A DNA stretch of 64,000 nucleotides from contig CAWHAE010000010.1 in the NCBI GenBank assembly GCA_963827235.1, forward strand, positions 896,001 to 960,000. Direction: 5' to 3'. The translations under genes were made by a program, and so were the position numbers. Shown here piece by piece: positions 1 to 8,283 of the stretch. How positions within the stretch are numbered: position 1 is the first letter of the stretch; each line of letters begins with the position of its first letter. The notes under the pieces are model-generated. The model searched no databases, was not told the origin of the DNA, and saw only the letters and a program-made list of their open reading frames with translations. Source of the DNA: an uncultured bacterium. GTDB lineage: Bacteria > Chloroflexota > UBA5177 > JANWHV01.

Positions 1-2
1 AG

Positions 3-140
3 TCCTGGCAGATCTTCGAGCCGGAGCCGCTCCACATTTGTGCCCTGAAGCCTGATCGGACAATCGACCAGGCCGCTCAGTTGCTCGCCAGCATACGTTA
101 CCGCGCTGATAAGCGCATGAGCCAAGGGTGGAGCGACTAG
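3..140 (+). CDS. 3' end of a hypothetical protein entering from the left edge (partial)
   Basis: Open frame from window edge SWQIFEPEPLHICALKPDRTIDQAAQLLASIRYRADKRMSQGWSD ending TAG at 138-140; no recognisable family. Confidence 0.3.
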   Translation, partial: SWQIFEPEPLHICALKPDRTIDQAAQLLASIRYRADKRMSQGWSD

Positions 141-266
141 CCTGTCATAGGTTGTTTCCAAGGGTCTCCATCCTCCTTAATGCCGCCAGCACACCATCCT
201 GTCTATTCCCTTCGGCAAGAATCGCGAAAACATTAGTGGGGATGTGGCACAAAAGCGGTGCAAGTC

Positions 267-293
267 TAAAGAATTGGCCTGTTCGGCCGATAG
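267..293 (+). promoter_or_regulatory. sigma28 (FliA/SigD-type) promoter upstream of cheB
   Basis: TAAA-N15-GCCGATAG, near-perfect match to the TAAA-N15-GCCGATAA consensus. Confidence 0.85.
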
Positions 294-353
294 TATGTAT
301 GAAGCAGAGTGCGGCGTGCCCGCATAACCCAGCGCGACTACAAAGGGGTTGCC

Positions 354-1472
354 ATGGACGAGCCGAAGCGCGTGCTCATCGTCGACGACTCAAGCCTGGT
401 ACGACACAGGCTATCAACCATAATCCGCTCGGCTCCCGGCTTCGAGGTGGCAGGAATCGCCAGCACGGGCAGCGAATGTCTGGCACTCCTGCCCCAGCTC
501 AGGCCCCATGTCATCACGCTCGACGTGCATATGCCGGACATGGATGGACTGGAGACTCTACGCCAGATCATGGACCGGCAGCCCACCCCGGTGCTCATGG
601 TGAGCTCGGAGACGGACGCGGGAGCAAAGACGACCATCGATGCCTTGGCGCTCGGAGCCGTGGACTACATCGCGAAGCCTACCACGCCCTGGATTCATAC
701 TGCCGACGCCTTTCGCGAGGATCTAGTCACGAAGCTCACTGTCGTGGCCGGTGTACGTGTCCGCCCGGGCAGGCGCCGAACGGGGATGTTGGCGCCCCTG
801 GCGGCGGAGCCCGTCCTCTCCAATCCGCAGAACGACCCGCCCAGGGCCCTGGCGCAGAACGCCGGCAGGTGGGAGGACACGCCGTTGGTGGCCATCGGCA
901 GCTCTACCGGCGGTCCGCAAGCCCTCGATCAACTGTTCTCGGACCTGCGATCCATGCAGCCGGCAGCCTTCATCGTCGTTCAGCATATGCCGCCCGTCTT
1001 CACCAAATCCCTGGCCGGTCGCCTGAATCGGAGGACGGAAATGGACGTGCGCGAGGTCGACGAGGGCGACGTCGTCCGTAGCGGAACCGTGCTCGTGGGC
1101 CAAGGGGGCTTCCACGTTACGCTCGGAAAGGACAAGCGCTATCACATCGATCAAACTCCACCGCTGCACGGCGTGCGCCCCGCTGTGGATCGCTTGCTGC
1201 TGTCGCTGGCAGAGAACTGGCCGGGAAAATGCCTGGTCGTCATCATGACCGGCATGGGAGTGGACGGGACGAACGGCGCGCGCGTGATGCACGCGCATGG
1301 CGCGGAGGTTCTGGCGCAGGACGAGAGCACGTCGATTGTCTACGGCATGCCGCGCTCCGTGGTTGAAGCCGGCATAGTCAAAGCCGTCCATCCGCTGGAC
1401 AAGCTCGGGCAGGCAATCGAGAAATGGATCCACGAGACGGCCGACGCGGGTACGCCCGACCTGGCAACCTAG
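354..1472 (+). CDS. cheB: Chemotaxis response regulator protein-glutamate methylesterase CheB
   Basis: N-terminal REC domain (VLIVDDS, TLDVHMP), methylesterase motifs GSSTGGP, VQHMP, MTGMGVDG; ATG at 354. Confidence 0.96.
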   Translation: MDEPKRVLIVDDSSLVRHRLSTIIRSAPGFEVAGIASTGSECLALLPQLRPHVITLDVHMPDMDGLETLRQIMDRQPTPVLMVSSETDAGAKTTIDALALGAVDYIAKPTTPWIHTADAFREDLVTKLTVVAGVRVRPGRRRTGMLAPLAAEPVLSNPQNDPPRALAQNAGRWEDTPLVAIGSSTGGPQALDQLFSDLRSMQPAAFIVVQHMPPVFTKSLAGRLNRRTEMDVREVDEGDVVRSGTVLVGQGGFHVTLGKDKRYHIDQTPPLHGVRPAVDRLLLSLAENWPGKCLVVIMTGMGVDGTNGARVMHAHGAEVLAQDESTSIVYGMPRSVVEAGIVKAVHPLDKLGQAIEKWIHETADAGTPDLAT

Positions 1473-1484
1473 GGGAGCAGCGCA

Positions 1485-2279
1485 GTGGCTACTACTTTTG
1501 AAACAGAATACAGCCAGTTCATGCAGCTGGTGGCGACGGTGCTGCCCGTCAACCTACAGTGCTATAAGCCCAAGCAGATGGAGCGCCGCATCCGCGACCT
1601 GGCGCGCAAGCACCAGGCGCCCGACCTGCTTGCTTTTGCGGCGATGCTGCGCGGCAATCGCGAGATCCTGCGGGAGTTTGAGCAGCACATCACCATCAAC
1701 GTGTCCGAGTTCTACCGCAATCCGGAGGCGTTCGAGTACCTCAACCAACGCATACTCGATCCGCTCAAGTCTCGCACGCAGGGGGTGAAGGTGTGGAGCG
1801 CCGGCTGCTCAAATGGAGCGGAAGCCTACACAGTAACCATGCTGCTCACAGAGCTCATGCCTGGCCGCCGGCATACTGTGTATGCCACGGACATCGACCG
1901 CGCCATGCTGGAGAAGGCAAAGTCAGGTGCGGGCTACAGTCCGGAAGACGTTCGAGGGCTGCCGGCGCGCCTGCGCGACAAGTACATGGTGCGCGAAGGC
2001 ACCTCGCTGAGAGTCTGCGAGGAGATCGCGCGAGTGGTGAGGTTCGACCGCCACGATCTGTTGCGCGACAAGGTGCAGCAGAGCTTCGATATCGTAGCTT
2101 GCCGGAACGTGGTCATTTATTTCACCGATGAGGCGAAGAACGACCTTTACGGCAAACTTGCAAACGCGCTCGAGCCGAGCGGCGTTCTGTTCATCGGCGC
2201 CACCGAGACGATTGGCCGGCCGAGTGACTACGGGTTGCAGTATGTAGCGCCATGTTTCTACCGCAGAGTTGCCCGGTGA
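1485..2279 (+). CDS. cheR: Chemotaxis protein methyltransferase CheR
   Basis: TINVSEFYRN, WSAGCSNGAEAY, ATDID, CRNVVIYF motifs. Confidence 0.96.
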   Translation: MATTFETEYSQFMQLVATVLPVNLQCYKPKQMERRIRDLARKHQAPDLLAFAAMLRGNREILREFEQHITINVSEFYRNPEAFEYLNQRILDPLKSRTQGVKVWSAGCSNGAEAYTVTMLLTELMPGRRHTVYATDIDRAMLEKAKSGAGYSPEDVRGLPARLRDKYMVREGTSLRVCEEIARVVRFDRHDLLRDKVQQSFDIVACRNVVIYFTDEAKNDLYGKLANALEPSGVLFIGATETIGRPSDYGLQYVAPCFYRRVAR

Positions 2280-2306
2280 GAGGTCCCAGGGGCTGGGAGG
2301 CCGTCA

Positions 2307-3392
2307 ATGCGTAGGTGCGCAGCACTCTCGACCGTCTACCTCGTGCTCGTCGCGCTGCTGGCTACGGGCATCACCGAGCCTTCCGCCCGGGCTGCCGGCA
2401 CCGCGCCGATAAGCCTGGGGGGCGTTGTGGGCCAGGATCCGGTTATCCACCGGCTCTATGTCGCCCAGCCTGCCACGAACAAAGTGCTGGTGTTCGACAG
2501 CGCGGTCAGCACATCGATGAACCTGGTGGGCGCGCTCGCCGTGCCGCCGCGACCGGCGGCCATTGCCGTCGACACATCGAGGCACCTGCTCTACGTGGCC
2601 AGTGATGACACCGGCACACTTACGCGGTATGACGACCGCACTCTGAAGAAACTGAAGACGCTCCAGCTCAGCGGCCGACCCGGGGGCCTGAGCCTCATGT
2701 ACGGTGGCAACGTGCTCATCATCACGGACGCGATCTCGGGTGAGGTCTCTCAGCTCCAGGTCGAGCCTACGATCGGACCGTTCTCGCACGTGCTGAGCAC
2801 CGGGCCTGGACCGAACCCAACCGTCATGCTGACACCCGCATCTGCCTGGGGAGGAGAAAAGGTCGTCATCTGGGCGCGCGATTTCCTTCCAGGCGAGCTC
2901 GTGCAGGTCTCCTGGGGTATGGTACGCATGGTGACGCTGAAGGCCGATGAGCTTGGCTCTATCGTCGGCACGTTCACCGTGCCGAAACCGGCGAACAAGA
3001 AGAAACCCGATCTGGGGCCGCATCTGGTCGTGCTAATCGGCCAGAGCAGCAGCCGATCGCAGAGCACGCTCCTGACAGCAGTGGCAGCACCTCCCCCTCC
3101 CAGGGTGATAAAGCCCGTCCCCCCTAAGCCGCCTTCGCCCATGACGCGCAGAATGAGCGCGCTGTTTGGCATCAAGGTGAGTCTCGCCGCTCCCGGACCG
3201 CTTGCCATCGGCCCGCTGAAGAATCGACAGGTGCATGTAGCATGGATGTACCTTGTGTATGTCTACATTGCCGCTACAATTATGTTGCTCATACTGAGGA
3301 GGGCCAGGAGACGCAAGTCCCCGCCGCCGCCGAAGAAGAAGAAGGGCCCCGCGCCTCGACGGGCGGCGTTGCCTGCTAGGGCGACCGCGTGA
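2307..3392 (+). CDS. Secreted/membrane-anchored protein with YVTN/beta-propeller-like repeats, Pro-rich linker, C-terminal TM helix and basic tail
   Basis: Signal peptide; HRLYVAQ and AIAVDTSRHLLYVAS repeats; hydrophobic C-terminal helix followed by RRARRRKSPPPPKKKK. Confidence 0.65.
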   Translation: MRRCAALSTVYLVLVALLATGITEPSARAAGTAPISLGGVVGQDPVIHRLYVAQPATNKVLVFDSAVSTSMNLVGALAVPPRPAAIAVDTSRHLLYVASDDTGTLTRYDDRTLKKLKTLQLSGRPGGLSLMYGGNVLIITDAISGEVSQLQVEPTIGPFSHVLSTGPGPNPTVMLTPASAWGGEKVVIWARDFLPGELVQVSWGMVRMVTLKADELGSIVGTFTVPKPANKKKPDLGPHLVVLIGQSSSRSQSTLLTAVAAPPPPRVIKPVPPKPPSPMTRRMSALFGIKVSLAAPGPLAIGPLKNRQVHVAWMYLVYVYIAATIMLLILRRARRRKSPPPPKKKKGPAPRRAALPARATA

Positions 3393-3429
3393 TGCTTGCC
3401 GTAGCGAGCCCTAATGAAGGAGAAGCACG

Positions 3430-4305
3430 TTGGAATCACCGCACAACGTCGCTGCTGTGAGCCGCACCGGCACGCCAAGGCTGCAGGTCACCAACAAGAT
3501 GCTGCGCATGCTGGCTCCCATGCCTGCCACGGCAATGCAGTTGCTCAACCTGCTGGCACATGCCGACGTGTCGCTGCAGAAGCTGGCTGACGTCGCCGTG
3601 CGCGATGTTGGGGTCTCGACCGCCCTCCTTCGCTGCGCCAACAGCGCGACCTTCGGCCTGCGAGGCACCATTGGTAGCATCACGGATGCGATTCGCGTGA
3701 TCGGCACCGCGCAGACACGGATGGTGGTGCTTGCCAGCGGCGTGTCCCAGGTTGCCCAGCGCGAGATGCCGATCTATCAGCTACCGGCCGGCGCATTCAC
3801 GGCGCACAGCGAGCTGGTGGCCAACACCACGGCGACGGTCGCCCGGCTGGCCGGCATGAGCAATCTTGGCCTCGCCTACAGCACGGGCCTTCTCCACGAC
3901 CTCGGCAAGGTCGTTCTCAGCGGTCTTGCACTGGCGAATGATCCGCGGCCGGCGTCGCTTGCCAGCGAGATGGAGTCCCGCGACTGCACTCTCCTGGAGG
4001 CAGAAGAAGCCAAGTTCGGCGCCAATCACGCGCAGGTCGGTAAGCAGCTTGCCGAGCTGTGGGCACTACCGCCCGAGCTCGCGGATGCCGTGGGACGCCA
4101 TCACGAGCTCCAGGAGCCATCTGAGCCAGAGATGCTGAGCTACAGTGTGATGCTGGGCAACGTGGTAGCAGGGGTCATCGATCCCGAGTATCCGCGTCTC
4201 AGCACGGCACGCGAGGTGACGATGCCCGACTGGCTCGACCTCGACCAGGTGTACGCGGCGGCCGTCCATTCGGGACTGAAGATCTCGAAGCCTGCCCCCA
4301 AGTAA
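3430..4305 (+). CDS. HDOD domain signalling protein
   Basis: LLRCANSA, GLLHDLGK, NHAQVG..LAELWALP..AVGRHH motifs; start codon uncertain. Confidence 0.9.
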   Translation: MESPHNVAAVSRTGTPRLQVTNKMLRMLAPMPATAMQLLNLLAHADVSLQKLADVAVRDVGVSTALLRCANSATFGLRGTIGSITDAIRVIGTAQTRMVVLASGVSQVAQREMPIYQLPAGAFTAHSELVANTTATVARLAGMSNLGLAYSTGLLHDLGKVVLSGLALANDPRPASLASEMESRDCTLLEAEEAKFGANHAQVGKQLAELWALPPELADAVGRHHELQEPSEPEMLSYSVMLGNVVAGVIDPEYPRLSTAREVTMPDWLDLDQVYAAAVHSGLKISKPAPK

Positions 4306-4581
4306 CCAGGCGATCGGGCGTGCGGGAGTGCCACAAGCCTGTGGATTGGTGTATACTCAGTGCAATCTTGATCCATTGCGTCTTTGCCACAGTGTAGTGT
4401 CTGTCCAGCCGGATCCGTGGTAGAGCCGTCGCGAGACTGGACTCGCCGGCGGCGCGAACGCCACCCGTACTGGGTGGCATGCAGACTGGTCACCACGCCA
4501 TTGTGGGTCCTCGCGACCCCGCTGCAGCGAGTAGGCGGTCGGCCAGCCGGCGCACGAAATCGGCGAGGTAGGGGTGTGTTG

Positions 4582-5157
4582 ATGAGCGGCCCACAGGCCG
4601 GTACCGCACGGACGCCGTCGCACAAGGGACAAGTGATGCGCCGCGTCGAGCTGCCGGATGAAGTGCATCGAGCCGAGGATGGCCTTGACATCTTCTCCAT
4701 GGCCAAGAAGGTAGTTGCCACCGGAGAGCTTCAGATAGCCGCGATGCTCATCCGCGGTGCCTTCCACTGCGACGTACGGCGGATTCCGTTGCGTGAGGAA
4801 CCGTGCAGCCCTTCGGTTGCCCTTCTGCCAAACCATTACCTGGCAGAGTTCAAGCGAGGAGAGCAGCGCCTCGTCATCGAGCTATCGTCCGGCGAGCCGT
4901 GCAAGTTGCCCTACCCCCAGACCTTTCTCGTCCAGGCGTGCCTCAGCAGGATGGTCGTGCGCGCCAGCGCCGATTTTGCCGATTGGCGCTCGACGATGGG
5001 CCACGGTACGCTTGCCAATGATATCGCTATCTACGCTTGGGCTTGCCGGCAGGCCCGCGCAATGACCATGATGTTTACCAGTGAGCAGCTCGAGCTCCTG
5101 GAGAAGATCACGCTCGACGAACTGGACATGCAGCCGAGCGAGCTGGGTTATCGCTAG
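4582..5157 (+). CDS. Hypothetical protein
   Basis: Protein-like composition from MSGPQ or MRRVELP onward; SD-like AAGGGA before 4633/4636; start uncertain. Confidence 0.6.
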   Translation: MSGPQAGTARTPSHKGQVMRRVELPDEVHRAEDGLDIFSMAKKVVATGELQIAAMLIRGAFHCDVRRIPLREEPCSPSVALLPNHYLAEFKRGEQRLVIELSSGEPCKLPYPQTFLVQACLSRMVVRASADFADWRSTMGHGTLANDIAIYAWACRQARAMTMMFTSEQLELLEKITLDELDMQPSELGYR

Positions 5158-5316
5158 CGGCGTGCCGGCAACCAACGATCGCGCTCTCCGCGATCCCGGC
5201 TGGAGGCTGCGAGGCCCGTGGTGGCGTGTGGGGAGCGCTGCTCGCACTCTGGCTCGGTCGCAGCAACCATCAAGTGGTAGGCTACCAGATGCGCTGCAAA
5301 CTGAGCACGCGAACGA

Positions 5317-5670
5317 TCAGGCTGTCCAGCCGTGCGTTCGCTTTCGCAAAGGGGGCTCGAGGTACTCGGCCGCACGCCGGCCTTCAGTGAGACGAGCCAT
5401 CTGGTGGCGCACATTCTCTCTGCGCGAAATCAATGCTCGCTCCAGGTCCGTGGTCCGCTGACGGAGCTCGCGTACCATGCCAGATAGCTCCGGGGCCCAC
5501 GCTTGCTGCAGTGCGGTCTGGAATGAGGCCTCCTGTATGAGAAGCAGGCGAGTTTCCGAGAGCGCAGACACGGTCGGCATGTCTCCGGCGACGAGTGCCT
5601 TCTCTTGCCTGGCTTGCAGGGCAAGCAGGCGCGTGAGCAGATCACGTTGGAGAACTGAAATATCGCTCAT
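5317..5670 (-). CDS. FliT-like helical flagellar chaperone (paralogue 2)
   Basis: Visible similarity to 7807-8160 (QR..L.RLL.L.A.QE.AL.AGD...LSE.RL, WAPEL); helical; downstream of fliS and the sigma gene. Confidence 0.65.
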   Translation of the reverse strand: MSDISVLQRDLLTRLLALQARQEKALVAGDMPTVSALSETRLLLIQEASFQTALQQAWAPELSGMVRELRQRTTDLERALISRRENVRHQMARLTEGRRAAEYLEPPLRKRTHGWTA

Positions 5671-5673
5671 GAA

Positions 5674-6567
5674 TCAATATGAGCTGGCAAGCTCCTCCGC
5701 ATACGGTGACTTCCGTACCGACTCAAAGAGCTTCTTCTTGATTTGCCGCACGCGCTCACTGGTAAGGTTATGGCTCGTAGCCACCTGCTCGAGCTTCAGC
5801 GGCGTCGAATCGTTAAGTCCAAAGAGCTGTACGAGGATCTCCTGGTCTCGGCGACTGGCCTCTTGCAGGGCCATAAAGATAGTGCCGAGGAGCTCGCGGT
5901 TCTCGCACTGGCGGGCCGGGTTCTCGTCTTCACTCCCAGCCAACGACGCGATACGCTCGTCGGCCTCGTCGCCCGTGACCGCAGTGATGCTCCATGGACT
6001 GGCCGGCTCCGCCTGCGGGGAGCCCTGGGACGTGCCCGCTTCGCCACACCCTTCGGCACGCTCGCGCCGCGCCCGCATGGTGCGCCGATGCTCATCGATG
6101 ACGCGAGACGGTATCTTCATGGGGCCGTGCGCCGTCCAGATCGCTCTGGTGATCTGCTGGGTGATCCACCACACCGCGTAGGTAGAAAACCTGAAGCCCT
6201 TCTTGCCGTCGTAGCGGCGAACGGCCTTCATCAAGCCGATGTTGCCTTCTTGGATCAGGTCCAGCAGGGTCAAACCCTGAGCTTGGTACCCTTTCGCGAC
6301 ACGCACGACGAGGCGCAGGTTGCTCTGCGTCAAGATGGTCGCGGCCTGCTCATCTTGCTCTTCAAGTATGCGCCGGCTCAGCTCGCGCTCCTGTTCGGCG
6401 GTGAGGCGAGGATATCGGGCCGCGTCGCGAAGGTAGATGCCGACCAAGTCGTGTTCGTCCAGTGCTTCACCGGTTGCCGTCTCCGGCTGACACAGATCAC
6501 TCGATTCCGAAACGTCCAAATCGCCATGACCGCCGGCATCGCTTTCCCACCCAAGGTCCATGCGCAT
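5674..6567 (-). CDS. RpoD/SigA-like sigma-70 factor lacking region 1.1
   Basis: Region 1.2 (DLVGIYLRD..RYPRLTAEQEREL), region 2 (SNLRLVV, DLIQEGNIGLMKAV, GFRFSTYAVWWI), region 4.2 (LTSERVRQI). Confidence 0.9.
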   Translation of the reverse strand: MRMDLGWESDAGGHGDLDVSESSDLCQPETATGEALDEHDLVGIYLRDAARYPRLTAEQERELSRRILEEQDEQAATILTQSNLRLVVRVAKGYQAQGLTLLDLIQEGNIGLMKAVRRYDGKKGFRFSTYAVWWITQQITRAIWTAHGPMKIPSRVIDEHRRTMRARRERAEGCGEAGTSQGSPQAEPASPWSITAVTGDEADERIASLAGSEDENPARQCENRELLGTIFMALQEASRRDQEILVQLFGLNDSTPLKLEQVATSHNLTSERVRQIKKKLFESVRKSPYAEELASSY

Positions 6568-6826
6568 CGTGCTATCCGCCCCTCGACTGCCGAGCTGCCT
6601 CGACGCCAGAGGCCACTAGTACCTCCGCATCGCTGCCCGGAGTCGCCCACCGCTACAAGCCCTGCCGCTCTTGCGTCGCCCTCCGGTTCGGTCAGGAACC
6701 ATCGACATGGAGAGCATACGATGCGAAATGCAAACTGCATATGACCCATATGGTGGGGCAAAGATAGCCCGATTCTGCCAGGAATAGGCGTGCCGCGCTG
6801 CTACCGGGCGAAGCAGCGGCGCCCGC

Positions 6827-7213
6827 CTAGCTGGCGCGGCGGCTGGCTTCCCGCACCGCCGATTGCCACGCGCCCAGCAACTGGCGGAGCAACGGCAACA
6901 CCTCGTCTATCGGCTCGACGTCCTTGTTGATGTTGGCGATCACGAGTCGCCCAAGCACGAATCCATAGATGTCGTTCAAGCGCGTGGCGATCTCCCCGCC
7001 TCGCTCGAAGTCAAGCGAGCCTTTGAGCGTTCGAACCACTTCTTGCGCCTTCATCAGGTGCTGGTGGGCAAGCGCAGGCCTGCTGCACTCGATCGCCGTC
7101 CGCCCTTGGCCGGCGTTCTTGATCGCCGCTTGGTACAGCAACACCACCAACTCGCCGGGGCTCCCAGTCTGGGTAGCCACCGTGCGATACTGCATGTACC
7201 CGCTTGTCAACAT
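6827..7213 (-). CDS. fliS: Flagellar export chaperone FliS
   Basis: Y....TQTGSPGELVVLLY, SLDFERGGEIA..L..IY, ANI.KD, LLGAW; ATG at 7213. Confidence 0.93.
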   Translation of the reverse strand: MLTSGYMQYRTVATQTGSPGELVVLLYQAAIKNAGQGRTAIECSRPALAHQHLMKAQEVVRTLKGSLDFERGGEIATRLNDIYGFVLGRLVIANINKDVEPIDEVLPLLRQLLGAWQSAVREASRRAS

Positions 7214-7319
7214 GATGACCAGCCTTTCCCATGTTGCCGCTCGACGCGAGTTCGACGGCTTCCCGCCAAAGATCTCAACGCATCCTACATGACCAAGAGC
7301 GGGCGTGACACCACGGACG

Positions 7320-7688
7320 TCACGTGGAACCGAGCTTGCTCTTCGCGGCGTCCTGGTATTGCTCAAGCTCCAACTGCATGTGTGCGATCGAGTCGGGCGG
7401 AGACGAGCTAATCACCTGGTGCGTGACGGCGTCCAATACGCGAATCTGCGACACCTGGTTGTTGGGCCCGTATACGACTTCCGTTACCATAGACTCTCTT
7501 GCCCCGAGCGAGGCAACGGCCGCCATCAGCGACGACCCGGACTCCTGCGGCGTGGTTGCCGCGGTTGAAGACTGCGCTACCTTCGCTTTGTCTGTAGTTG
7601 CTGTCCGTGTCGTGGACGAGTCCTGCTGCACGCTCGCCGCAAGCCGATTGCTCACTGCCACCTGCGTGGCTTGCCCAATGGTACTCAT
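7320..7688 (-). CDS. flaG: FlaG-like flagellar protein
   Basis: C-terminal IRVLDAVTHQVISSSPP resembles the FlaG VxVxDxxTxEVIRQIPP motif; located between fliD/fliT and fliS. Confidence 0.65.
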   Translation of the reverse strand: MSTIGQATQVAVSNRLAASVQQDSSTTRTATTDKAKVAQSSTAATTPQESGSSLMAAVASLGARESMVTEVVYGPNNQVSQIRVLDAVTHQVISSSPPDSIAHMQLELEQYQDAAKSKLGST

Positions 7689-7806
7689 GGCTGTCTACCT
7701 ATCCCTACAATGCTGCGACATCCCGACTGCCGGTTGAGGGTCTGTCGCGCTCCCACCTGCGCCTAAGTAGACGATCGTGAGTGAAGCCCCGCGCACAACG
7801 TGGCTC

Positions 7807-8160
7807 CTAGCCCTTCCAGCTCGCCCGGTACACTGGGACGGCAGGAGGCACGTAGTTTGCGATGCGCCGGTTCTCGGCAAGCTGCTCCAGTTGCCGGCGC
7901 ACCACCGCCATGCAGGCGACGGTGCTCTGTTGCAGCTGCGTCGTGCTTCGCTCGAGGGCATCCGCCAGCTCGCCTAGCTCAGGAGCCCACGGCTGCCGAG
8001 GCGGCAGAATCGACGCCGCGTTCCTGATTGTCTGCAGGCGAAGCTCCGAAAGGCGGTTGAGCCCAATGATGTCGCCGGCATCCAGGGCCCGTTCCTGCTG
8101 AGCGGTCAGGTCAAGAAGGCGCTCGAGCACCTCTCGCTGAGCGATCGAGGTGTCTTTCAT
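7807..8160 (-). CDS. FliT-like helical flagellar chaperone (paralogue 1)
   Basis: About 117 aa helical protein right after fliD; SD AGGAAGGAGG; own sigma28 promoter. Confidence 0.7.
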   Translation of the reverse strand: MKDTSIAQREVLERLLDLTAQQERALDAGDIIGLNRLSELRLQTIRNAASILPPRQPWAPELGELADALERSTTQLQQSTVACMAVVRRQLEQLAENRRIANYVPPAVPVYRASWKG

Positions 8161-8186
8161 CGTCGTCCTCCTTCCTTTCCCCAACC

Positions 8187-8213
8187 TATTCGGCACAAAA
8201 CTCTAGATCTTTA
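8187..8213 (-). promoter_or_regulatory. sigma28 promoter for fliT-like/flaG/fliS
   Basis: Minus strand CCACTAAA-N15-GCCGAATA. Confidence 0.8.
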
Positions 8214-8283
8214 GTGGCTCGCCGGGGCAATTTGCCAACTTGCCCTGAGCGGGCCCGGTAGCCGGCGCTCGCCGTGGCGAGCT

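Noticed and set aside
245-262. TGGCAC...TGCA as a sigma54 promoter before cheB
   Set aside because: GG-to-GC spacing is 12 nt rather than the required 10; a good sigma28 promoter is adjacent
128-1081. 317-aa ORF and the many other Arg/Pro/Ala-rich alternative-frame ORFs in the track
   Set aside because: They overlap well-supported genes, lack motifs and are typical of GC-rich shadow ORFs
7252-7278. Possible sigma28 promoter before fliS (TTGA-N15-GCCGTCGA)
   Set aside because: Both boxes deviate from the seven stronger matches; too weak to call
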